Positions 17,022 through 25,013 of a stretch of DNA of 25,620 nucleotides are shown here, in pieces. A program made the translations under genes and the position numbers. The notes under the pieces are model-generated. The model worked only from the letters and a program-made list of their open reading frames with translations. It ran no database searches and had not been told where the DNA came from. Source of the stretch: a virus (Duplodnaviria; Caudoviricetes); the IMG/VR virus record IMGVR_UViG_3300033076_001320, positions 1 to 25,620 of that record. The stretch is one strand, 5' to 3'. The number at the start of each line of letters is the position of its first letter. Position 1 is the first letter of the stretch.

Positions 17022-19213
17022 GACTTCTTAACTCCATAAACACGAATCGTATAAGAAAATGTGGAAGTTGATAGCAAAATTTGAACCGCATTGATTGCAG
17101 CAGTAGCAAGCCTAGAGCCAAAGCCAGAAGAGCGAACTTCTACAGAGCTATTATCTCTCATCGTGATATCGAAAATTATTCGCTTATTTAGACTCCCGTT
17201 AACATTGAATAAACGAATGATGCCAACACCACCTTGACCAGTTGCAGAAGCAGATGTCATTAACTGGATAGAAGAATCCCCAGAACTCCCATTTTGGGAG
17301 ACAGCAGGTGCTGTTGTCAGTATCTGATTTGCCCATGCATAATCGCTTGCACTTGAGCTCCATGTGCTGCCATTGTCAGTGCTGGTTCTAAGCAATACAT
17401 TTGCACCAGCAGGATCGCAAGCAAGATTATCAATCCAAATTTCATAGTCATCATAAGTAGACGATAGCATACTTGTGATATTGCAGGAAGAAGCAGAAGA
17501 TCCTGTGAAAACTCCAAGATAAATCAATGATCCAGAAGCAGGAAGTGCTGTGCTTGCCCATGTTGTGCCATTACTCGTCAAAACATTTCCACTTGTTCCT
17601 GGGGCTATGAATGTCACATTGGAGGTGCCAGCACCGACAATAAGATTATTCGCAGTAAGTGTTGTTAATCCTGTGCCCCCATAAGCAGGAGTTAGTGCAG
17701 TTGCATTCCAAACACCTGTCGTTACAATTCCACTTGGACCAATTGCGAATTGTGTAGTGCCGCTGTTATTTCTCAGATCAACAAGATTTGCACTTTGAGA
17801 GGCTTGTCCTTGAATAACAATCCCGATCGAACTAGAAGATGGAGTGTAAAGCGACTGTGCTGCACCAGAATTTGCAAACTCAGCTCTTAAAGACCCTCCT
17901 GTCGCAAAAGAAACTGTGTCTGCTGCAGAACTATAAATCCCAGTATTCGAGTCTCCGGAGAAAGAATATGGTGGAGCAGAAGAAGTTCCTGCAGATGGTG
18001 TAGAGACAGAAGAATTTGTTGCAGAAGTTAGACGCCCCTGAGCATCGACGACAAACCCTGCAAAGTTTCCAGGAGCTCCATAGGTTCCTGCAGCGACAGC
18101 AGTATTTGCAAGCGATATTGTCCCAGAAGTCGTAATCGGACCACCAGAGAGTCCTGTTCCTGTGGCAATGCTCGTAACAGTGCCAGAGCCTGCATCTACT
18201 GAGAGAACAACATTGGTGCCATCGCAGTGCATTATCTGGCGCGTTCCTTGTGCAAGAGCAATGCCTGTTCCTGCTGCAGTTTTCACTGTTAAGCTATAAG
18301 CACCTGTGGTATTATTATATATCCACCATCTTGCTACAGTTGTTGGAACGATAACGCTTATGTTCCCAGTAAGAGCTCCTGTATATTCTTGAATGTCGTA
18401 AGCTGCTTCAGAAGCTGTCAATGTTACGTTGCTGCTTCCTGCCACAGACTTAACAAGTCTTGTGAAAACAGGAGATGCAGACTCAGAGCTTCTGCCAATG
18501 GTCAGAAGTTGTGTGCCATCGCAGACAACAATGCAAGATTCAAGAGGATCAAGATTTATGGTGCTGGCTTGGTCAATAAGCTCAGCAGCATTTGGATTTA
18601 GCGTCAATGCTCCTGTGCCAGAGTTTTTGATTAAGCAGAACCAACCATTGCCTAGTGTGGTGACTGCAGAGAATGCAAATGTTCCTGCGCCACCAGTCCA
18701 ATTGGCAGTTGTTGCACGATATCCTGTCGTCAATGTTGTATTGCTGGCAAAAGCATTAACTTCAAATTCAATATTGAGGGTTGCAGCGGAGGCATAAAGA
18801 CCCGCGCCAGCAAGTGTATTGGCATCTGCTGAGCTAGTTCCTGTTCCAAATTGAAAACTATTCCATGTGCCATCAACAGAGCTATTGTCGCTTATATAAA
18901 TCCAGAATACTTCCCCAGCAGCTATGGATTGTATAGTATTCCCAGAATTGTCGCAAACGATAAATGTGTTGGATCCTATATTTCGTATAAGACAGGACTT
19001 TCCAACACTTGCTTCATTGGCAGGAGGCATCAAAAGATTCAATGAACTTGAGGAAGCAGTTACTTCCATCAAATCTGCAGCAACATTTGATGTGTCTTCA
19101 TTAGTCAAAGGCCATGACAGAGTTGTGCTGCTAGAGATCGTAAATGCTCTATAGCTTGTTGGAGATGTCTGAACTGGATTCCCACTAAATATGTCAGTAT
19201 AGCTAGTCGTCAT
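17018..19213 (-). CDS. Tail fibre protein
   Basis: 731 aa, Thr/Ser/Gly/Ala-rich. Fibre motifs 'GTVTSIATGTGLSGGPITTSGTI', 'VDAQGRLTSA', 'SFSGDSNTGIY' and 'YGGTGLT...GTSGNVLTSNGT'. C-terminal domain 'STYDDYEI...IRVYGVK'. Confidence 0.8.
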   Translation of the reverse strand: MTTSYTDIFSGNPVQTSPTSYRAFTISSSTTLSWPLTNEDTSNVAADLMEVTASSSSLNLLMPPANEASVGKSCLIRNIGSNTFIVCDNSGNTIQSIAAGEVFWIYISDNSSVDGTWNSFQFGTGTSSADANTLAGAGLYASAATLNIEFEVNAFASNTTLTTGYRATTANWTGGAGTFAFSAVTTLGNGWFCLIKNSGTGALTLNPNAAELIDQASTINLDPLESCIVVCDGTQLLTIGRSSESASPVFTRLVKSVAGSSNVTLTASEAAYDIQEYTGALTGNISVIVPTTVARWWIYNNTTGAYSLTVKTAAGTGIALAQGTRQIMHCDGTNVVLSVDAGSGTVTSIATGTGLSGGPITTSGTISLANTAVAAGTYGAPGNFAGFVVDAQGRLTSATNSSVSTPSAGTSSAPPYSFSGDSNTGIYSSAADTVSFATGGSLRAEFANSGAAQSLYTPSSSSIGIVIQGQASQSANLVDLRNNSGTTQFAIGPSGIVTTGVWNATALTPAYGGTGLTTLTANNLIVGAGTSNVTFIAPGTSGNVLTSNGTTWASTALPASGSLIYLGVFTGSSASSCNITSMLSSTYDDYEIWIDNLACDPAGANVLLRTSTDNGSTWSSSASDYAWANQILTTAPAVSQNGSSGDSSIQLMTSASATGQGGVGIIRLFNVNGSLNKRIIFDITMRDNSSVEVRSSGFGSRLATAAINAVQILLSTSTFSYTIRVYGVKKS

Positions 19214-20067
19214 TCTTTCCTCTCTAAGGTTGCATCAGATTTTCTAGCAATATCTTCTTTCTTGATAGAAGACGCTGCTTGCATGTAGTAGTCTTTCCAA
19301 ACAGAGATTCTTTGGTCGTTCTTGAGATAAGATGCAGACTCAAGAAGGCACGCATAGAACAATAAGTCTGGAGCATATTCTGTGAACCAATTTGTCTGAT
19401 TTGTGGACGACAAAGGCTCTGGTCTTTGATAATAAACCACCTCAAATGGATTTGTTATTGTTGGGGTTGGAACAATCAACCAATTTCCATAGTCATATTC
19501 TGCATAAAATTTTGGTGTCCCTGTTTGGTCTCTGTCTGGCCAGTATTCATTGCAGAATTCATATGACCTAGGATATATTGCAGTTCTATCATTCAATGGA
19601 TATGTGACAATCCCAGAAGTGTCATCTGTTGCTGCTTCTGTCCCACTCCCAGCTGCATAAGAAATCGTAAATTGTGTTATTGCAGTTATTGTTTGATCTC
19701 CATTGTATCCTGATCCTCCAACATTGAACACAGATATGCTATCTCCAACAGAGAAGCTGTGTGCAGAACTAAGTGTTAAAGTTCTTGTGCCGGAGGAATT
19801 CTGTCTGCTTGTTGTGTTGTAAGAATCAGAGTTTCCGTAATTTATAGAGACAACTTCTAAGAGCCTAGCAGGTTTTTGATAAGTTGACACTCCTGCTGAA
19901 AATGAAGAGACGGCTGCAGTTTTAGAGCCAAGATTTTTAACCTCTCTTGCGCAACGAATCTCTGCCATATTTATGAAAATAGGAATATTATCCACAAGCT
20001 TCTGATCAGTTCTGTCTAGGTAGTCCTCTATCTGAGTTATCAAACTGCTATATGTCATAGTAGTCAT
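19210..20067 (-). CDS. Head-tail adaptor / tail tubular A-like protein with an inserted beta domain
   Basis: 'TYSSL...I.DYL.R', 'FI.MAE.R..R', 'GTPKFYA', 'PTP....EV.YY', 'TNW....APDLL.YA.L.E...YLK.D' adaptor pattern. Probable start ATG 20067. Confidence 0.75.
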   Translation of the reverse strand: MTTMTYSSLITQIEDYLDRTDQKLVDNIPIFINMAEIRCAREVKNLGSKTAAVSSFSAGVSTYQKPARLLEVVSINYGNSDSYNTTSRQNSSGTRTLTLSSAHSFSVGDSISVFNVGGSGYNGDQTITAITQFTISYAAGSGTEAATDDTSGIVTYPLNDRTAIYPRSYEFCNEYWPDRDQTGTPKFYAEYDYGNWLIVPTPTITNPFEVVYYQRPEPLSSTNQTNWFTEYAPDLLFYACLLESASYLKNDQRISVWKDYYMQAASSIKKEDIARKSDATLERKE

Positions 20068-20068
20068 A

Positions 20069-21940
20069 TCAGCCCCCAATTATCGTTACATACGTTGATC
20101 CGCCACTGCCCTCTGGGCGCTGAACAGCACCCGGATCTAAATAGCCGGTGGTGTATCCCCCAGGGAATACCCCTGGCGCACTGATTGCCGCCATAGCTGA
20201 ACCCACGGCATAATTATCACCTACTCCAATAAAATACACAATATCCCCTGCCGAGGACGTACCAATGCTGTTATCGGTGGTGATGGTGGTAGAGGTATGC
20301 GACACGATTCCATATCTGCGATTGGCAGTAACGCCAGTGCCAGAAACGATAAACAGATAACTCTGCCCATCCACTACGCTGCTAAAGTCACCGCCGGATT
20401 GCGTGAGCACCGAGCCGGAAGATGTAGCAGTCGTTCCTGTAATCTCTGTGGCACTGGTGAAGGAGGGGTCTGTGGAGGTTATATCGGTCGCAGATAGAGT
20501 AAAGTTGCTGGTATTGTTGGTGTTGTTATAAAACACGTTGTAATTGCTTTGATTCCGCTGGTCAGAGCCAGTGCCGCTTAACGCCGTAGTTAATCCGTAG
20601 AATATACAGCTTTGTATTTTATTCTGCGCGGTGGAAGCACCAGACATATTCACGCCTGTAGCCATTTTTGCTTGTCGGCCATAAAATGTGGAGTTGCTTA
20701 CGGATACTGCCGAGCCACCTGTGCTGGCTGTATAGGCCGATGAATCATTGCGTGAGAATATACAAGTATCCACCACCCCATCCGCTTGCGTGGTCGATGC
20801 GCCTATGTTGGAATCATGAAACCAGCATCCATAGAATAAAGAGCGTGCAGTGTTATTCACAAATCCAGTGCCCATATAGGCTACAGCTTCAGTAAAATAC
20901 GCCGTGACTGTAGAGGCTCCGTTGAATCCGGAGCGACCGGATGCAGTAGAACTGTTGGCCGATTTACACCACCACACCGTGCAGCCTGTACCTAATCCAA
21001 TTCCATTGGCCGCTGTGGTGGTAAAGTTTAAGTGACGTATATTCTGATACTGCCCCAGCAAACAGGTGTTCGCTCCAAATGCCAAAGTAGGGCGGGTGGA
21101 GCCTGTGGGGTTATCCCCACGGTTACTGTTATAGCCAATCAGGAAAGATTGCGCTGTAACGGTGGAGGTTGTGCTTGCGATAGAAACCGCAGCGGAAATA
21201 GTATAAGTTCCATTCTTAATCCAGATATAGGAAGAAGCTGGAATAATCTCTAGCATCGCATCTTCCAGCCCATTTAATCGACACGCACCTCCAACATAGA
21301 AAGTGCCCGCAGTCATATTTGTGCCCGTAGCCGGAGACGCATCCAGCACCACGTTGCTGGTATCGGTATAGCTGACAATCTCATGCCATGATGCTATTCC
21401 ACCGCCGCCTGTCTTGGCAGTGATATGAAACCCATTGCCCACCATCATGCGAGTAAATGGCGCAGAAGCAGAAGTAACGGTAGTAGAACCTGCCGTACAG
21501 GTGAGGTCAGTGTTGGTCGCTTGCGCGGTGTTCTGCTGGCTATAATCAATCAGGAATGTGCCGTTTGTCGGCGTTCCCACGGTGGCGCACCCTGCTACGG
21601 TGTTGGTGTAATATTTATGCGGAAGGAGTGTAGTATCGCGCTGTATGGCCTCACCCACGGCTGCGGATAGTGTAGCCTTTCCTGCCGATACCGAAGCAAT
21701 GGGATACCATCCGGGTGTCCAGTTTGTGCCGGAGACAACATAGAGTTTTGCCCCTACGTCTCCAGCCACAAACGTATAGGTAGCAGAAGAAACCACCGGA
21801 GAGTTGGTATTGGCCGTGTTTGCGTCCGTGGTCAGGTCAGTTACGCCGTTGGCATTGGCAGGATTGAACCAGCCGCCATTCACATTGCCTGTGGTTGCCG
21901 TGTCGCGTACTTCAAAGATTGTGCCGGAAGTGAGCGCCAT
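20069..21940 (-). CDS. Tailspike-like right-handed beta-helix (pectin-lyase-like) protein
   Basis: 'IWIKNGTY' helix entry, Asn/Cys-ladder repeats (GCWFHD, TCIFSRN, NSTFYG, SCIFYG, YNVFYNN), 'DPSF' and a terminal 'LDPGAVQ'. Confidence 0.7.
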   Translation of the reverse strand: MALTSGTIFEVRDTATTGNVNGGWFNPANANGVTDLTTDANTANTNSPVVSSATYTFVAGDVGAKLYVVSGTNWTPGWYPIASVSAGKATLSAAVGEAIQRDTTLLPHKYYTNTVAGCATVGTPTNGTFLIDYSQQNTAQATNTDLTCTAGSTTVTSASAPFTRMMVGNGFHITAKTGGGGIASWHEIVSYTDTSNVVLDASPATGTNMTAGTFYVGGACRLNGLEDAMLEIIPASSYIWIKNGTYTISAAVSIASTTSTVTAQSFLIGYNSNRGDNPTGSTRPTLAFGANTCLLGQYQNIRHLNFTTTAANGIGLGTGCTVWWCKSANSSTASGRSGFNGASTVTAYFTEAVAYMGTGFVNNTARSLFYGCWFHDSNIGASTTQADGVVDTCIFSRNDSSAYTASTGGSAVSVSNSTFYGRQAKMATGVNMSGASTAQNKIQSCIFYGLTTALSGTGSDQRNQSNYNVFYNNTNNTSNFTLSATDITSTDPSFTSATEITGTTATSSGSVLTQSGGDFSSVVDGQSYLFIVSGTGVTANRRYGIVSHTSTTITTDNSIGTSSAGDIVYFIGVGDNYAVGSAMAAISAPGVFPGGYTTGYLDPGAVQRPEGSGGSTYVTIIGG

Positions 21941-21942
21941 TG

Positions 21943-22227
21943 TTACATTCTCTCAATCGGGTTGTTATCTTCGTCTAGTAGCCAATCAAAACCATCTTCT
22001 TGCACTTGAAATCTACGCCTAGAGCAACATGCGCTGACGGTGTTCCCCGCCGGAATCACGCAGTTATCCAGATTGCACGCAACAAACGTCGTCCCTGTCA
22101 TATCCGCAGGGAATACATTGCTATCGGGAGTTTCCTGAGAGAAGCACGAGCCTTCAATCACCTGATTGCTCATATCGGTGCGGTCGGATAAATCCCTATT
22201 GGTAAAATCTTTATTGCTATACGTCAT
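21943..22227 (-). CDS. Small pentapeptide-repeat-like protein, 94 aa
   Basis: 5-residue periodicity: DFTNR DLSDR ... VIEGS CFSQE ... DMTGT TFVAC NLDNC VIPAG. Confidence 0.6.
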   Translation of the reverse strand: MTYSNKDFTNRDLSDRTDMSNQVIEGSCFSQETPDSNVFPADMTGTTFVACNLDNCVIPAGNTVSACCSRRRFQVQEDGFDWLLDEDNNPIERM

Positions 22228-22230
22228 AGA

Positions 22231-23604
22231 TTAACTCTCAATAGTGTAGTAAGAGACCATAATATCTAATGATCCGCTGGTAGGATCTTCACTGGTGATG
22301 CGCAGATCTTCTCCGTCCGCACCAATGCCAAGAATGCCAGAGCCATCGCCCCGCGAAATGCCAGAGCCTGAACCAGATTTAATCCCTGGATGCGTTAGCA
22401 CCACACCTGTCGTGGTAGGTGTGGTTGTGCCACCAAAACCTACACGCACCGCAACATCGGCAGTATTGGCCGCATCACACACCGCTTGAATCTGCGTCAC
22501 TATAATTTTGCTGCCAGCCGACACTGTAACAATGGCTTGGTCTGTTTGTGCGGAGGTATAGTTCGCCCGTATCGTCACAATATTAGGATGCCCACCGATA
22601 GAAAAAGGAATTCCTGCACGGTTGGCATAAAGGTCTGTTCTGTCTCCTGCAGCAACTGCTGTAGGGTTAGTTCCGTGGGCAATAGCCTTTGCTCCTATTT
22701 TGACAGGGTTTCCACTATCTACTGCGTCATGCGCAATATCACCTGCCGCTTGTACGGCAAAAGTCCCGCTATTAGAAACAGAAAGCGCATTGGTCAAGCT
22801 AGGTTGGTCGGTAGCCAATACTACACGCATCGTACCAGCGGATTTATTACCGGAATTGGTATCAACTGCTGTGCCTCCAACTTGCGCTACATTAACCGCT
22901 GAGTTGGCTGTGATTGATACTGTGCCGCTTACAGGTTGAGTTGTCGCGCTGCTATCGGTACGCAACGCTCCTGCCGTAGTAAGAGAAAGCGGGTTGCTTT
23001 GCGCGGTAGTGTAGGTGGGCGCAGAAGTAGTAACCGCACCAAGAATTAAATTACCTTTTTGACCTGAAGTTGTGGAAGCCTGAGAAAGCGCCAGATTATC
23101 GGTATTGGTCTTGATGGTGGCAAGGTTGCCGCCTGATTCTAACGCCAACGCAGAAGTATTTAAGTTTGTTCCTGCATTTGCTGTCACCGTACCAGATACA
23201 GGCTGTGTTACTGCACTGCCATCTACCTTTAAGGCAGTCATGGAAGCAATGCCTTGTACAGTAATTACATCTGCCGATGCTGTCCCTGCTGTGCCTAGTG
23301 CGGGTTGTTTTGCCGCCGTTGCTGCACCTGTAGGCAGAGGGAGAGAAGCTGCCGACACAGGCTGGGTTACTGCACTGCCATCGACTTTAACTGCCGTGGC
23401 ATTTGCGCCTGTATTGGCCAGTGTTACTTGTAATGGGTTGCCTGAACCTACCGCTGTGCCGCCTTGATAACTCTCGGCTTGAGTCTTTAGGTTTGTCGCA
23501 GTTGATTGAGATACAGGAATAGCCGATTGATCCGAGGCCACCACCACCGGAGCGGAGTTTGCCATCGTTGCTTGGCCGTTTGGGTTGTTTGGGTTGTAGG
23601 CCAT
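22231..23604 (-). CDS. Tail fibre-like beta-repeat protein
   Basis: 457 aa, Ala/Thr/Ser/Gly/Val-rich. Repeated 'KVDGSAVTQPVS' and 'VV.A.DQ' units. GGAGG RBS. Confidence 0.65.
   Translation of the reverse strand: MAYNPNNPNGQATMANSAPVVVASDQSAIPVSQSTATNLKTQAESYQGGTAVGSGNPLQVTLANTGANATAVKVDGSAVTQPVSAASLPLPTGAATAAKQPALGTAGTASADVITVQGIASMTALKVDGSAVTQPVSGTVTANAGTNLNTSALALESGGNLATIKTNTDNLALSQASTTSGQKGNLILGAVTTSAPTYTTAQSNPLSLTTAGALRTDSSATTQPVSGTVSITANSAVNVAQVGGTAVDTNSGNKSAGTMRVVLATDQPSLTNALSVSNSGTFAVQAAGDIAHDAVDSGNPVKIGAKAIAHGTNPTAVAAGDRTDLYANRAGIPFSIGGHPNIVTIRANYTSAQTDQAIVTVSAGSKIIVTQIQAVCDAANTADVAVRVGFGGTTTPTTTGVVLTHPGIKSGSGSGISRGDGSGILGIGADGEDLRITSEDPTSGSLDIMVSYYTIES
22928..23388 (-). repeat. Three imperfect intragenic ~35-bp repeats encoding (K/R)(V/T)D(G/S)SA(V/T)TQPVS
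   Basis: Copies at about 23354-23388 and 23195-23229 share GTTACTGCACTGCCATC. A more diverged copy lies at about 22928-22962. Confidence 0.7.
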
Positions 23605-23605
23605 A

Positions 23606-24724
23606 TTAGACTATCCTCCAGTTGCTTCCGTCTGAGATTAAATCGAGTGAAGTGTTGGGCACAGGCAACGATGCTGTGCTACTGCCATCAATGGTTTGTG
23701 CAGAAGTCGTCGCAATCGTTACGGTATTCGATCCTGTGTTTTTCACAGTGTATTTGTTAGTGTTGCTTACAGCCGTTGGCAAAGTAAGTGTTGTCGTGCC
23801 AGAAACAAAATACACATAATCCGTAGAAGCTGTTGATCCTGCTGTAGCAGGAGAGGAAATAGAATTGACAGAACGGGTAATGCCGGAGCCTCCTCCACCA
23901 GAAGGCACTGCCCATGTGCCATCTGCTTTAAGAAATTTTGATGCAGCCGCATCGCCAGCAGCGGGAGCAGGAACAAGCCCTTTTGCTCCACCACTTCCGG
24001 AGTCGCCAACCATATTGGTGAGCGTTGCTGTAACTTGCGTTGGCGTTCTTGAAGCCCATGAACTTGATACCGACTGAATGATGTTGTCTGTGGTAGCGGT
24101 TAATCCGGCAATAGTTGTCAAGTCAGCATCAAGCGGCTGTTTGTTGTCTATCTGGGTTTGTATTGAGGAAGTGACTCCATTTAAGTACGAGAACTCTGTA
24201 TTGTCAACTACCCCAGAACCAATTTTAGCAGCACTTAATCCAGAAATGGTGGCAGTTATTGCTCCTGTTCCAGAGCCAGAAACATCTCCTGAGAGAGTTA
24301 TTGTCTGATCACCAGTGTTTGTCCCAGACAAATTCGATCCAGAAACTGCGCCTGAAGCAGCAACAGAGGTTGGAGTTATTGCTCCTAGAGAGATTGTTAT
24401 GGCAGGAGTAGTTGTTGCAGTTGCAACACTTCCAGACACTCCATTTGCAGCTGTCACTGAAACGCTTGTTACTGTTCCTGTTCCGCCAACTGCAATGAAT
24501 TCTAGTCCATCCTCCGTAGTTTTTACTGCAGCAACCTTTCCTGATTGTCCAGAATAGGAGTGCGGGACATCAGTAAGGTCTATAAATGCAGAGGCTCCGC
24601 CACCACCAATGTCCCCAGTGGTTGTTCTTGATGTTATCCCATTCTGAACAACTGCGACAACCTCATTGCCAGTTATTGTCCCAGCAGGAGGAAGATCGAT
24701 TATGTTTGTGCCGTAAAGACTCAT
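23606..24724 (-). CDS. Mosaic tail fibre protein
   Basis: Motifs 'LTDVP.SYSG', 'GTVTSVSV', 'SGTNTGDQ', 'YLNGVTSSIQTQ', 'KQPLDADLT.IA', 'GLVPAP.AG...KFL..DGTW', and a C-terminal 'TLTLP....YTVKN...TIDG...SDGSNW' domain. Confidence 0.8.
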   Translation of the reverse strand: MSLYGTNIIDLPPAGTITGNEVVAVVQNGITSRTTTGDIGGGGASAFIDLTDVPHSYSGQSGKVAAVKTTEDGLEFIAVGGTGTVTSVSVTAANGVSGSVATATTTPAITISLGAITPTSVAASGAVSGSNLSGTNTGDQTITLSGDVSGSGTGAITATISGLSAAKIGSGVVDNTEFSYLNGVTSSIQTQIDNKQPLDADLTTIAGLTATTDNIIQSVSSSWASRTPTQVTATLTNMVGDSGSGGAKGLVPAPAAGDAAASKFLKADGTWAVPSGGGGSGITRSVNSISSPATAGSTASTDYVYFVSGTTTLTLPTAVSNTNKYTVKNTGSNTVTIATTSAQTIDGSSTASLPVPNTSLDLISDGSNWRIV

Positions 24725-25011
24725 ACTTCTATCGGCTCCCCAGTTATATTGTCATAAACAGGAAGACCATAATCATCCAACAGATAATTTGGAATGTCTG
24801 TAAGGCTTCTGTCTGGACGAGGATTCCTAAGAATATAAGAGTCTGGCTGACGAGGTGCAAGACGATAAGGATCAATCTCATCTCTGCATTCGCTGCAGAC
24901 CTTTAATTCTCTATAATTTCCATCAGACATAAGATCTCTGTATGGAACCTTTACCGAGCACCTTCCACACACCGCTATCGCTATTCTTCCTGTGGAGAAT
25001 GAACTTGCCAT
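24721..25011 (-). CDS. Small CxxC...CxxC protein of the phage structural region, 96 aa
   Basis: CGRC and CSEC pairs, followed by 'DPY.L...L..PRPD'. Probable start ATG 25011, just after the upstream stop. Confidence 0.75.
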   Translation of the reverse strand: MASSFSTGRIAIAVCGRCSVKVPYRDLMSDGNYRELKVCSECRDEIDPYRLAPRQPDSYILRNPRPDRSLTDIPNYLLDDYGLPVYDNITGEPIEV

Positions 25012-25013
25012 AA

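Noticed and set aside
22928-23388. Intragenic repeats as a CRISPR array or a DGR template/variable repeat pair
   Set aside because: They are short, in frame and irregularly spaced, and the two closest copies differ at synonymous positions rather than specifically at adenines. No reverse transcriptase or cas gene is in the window.
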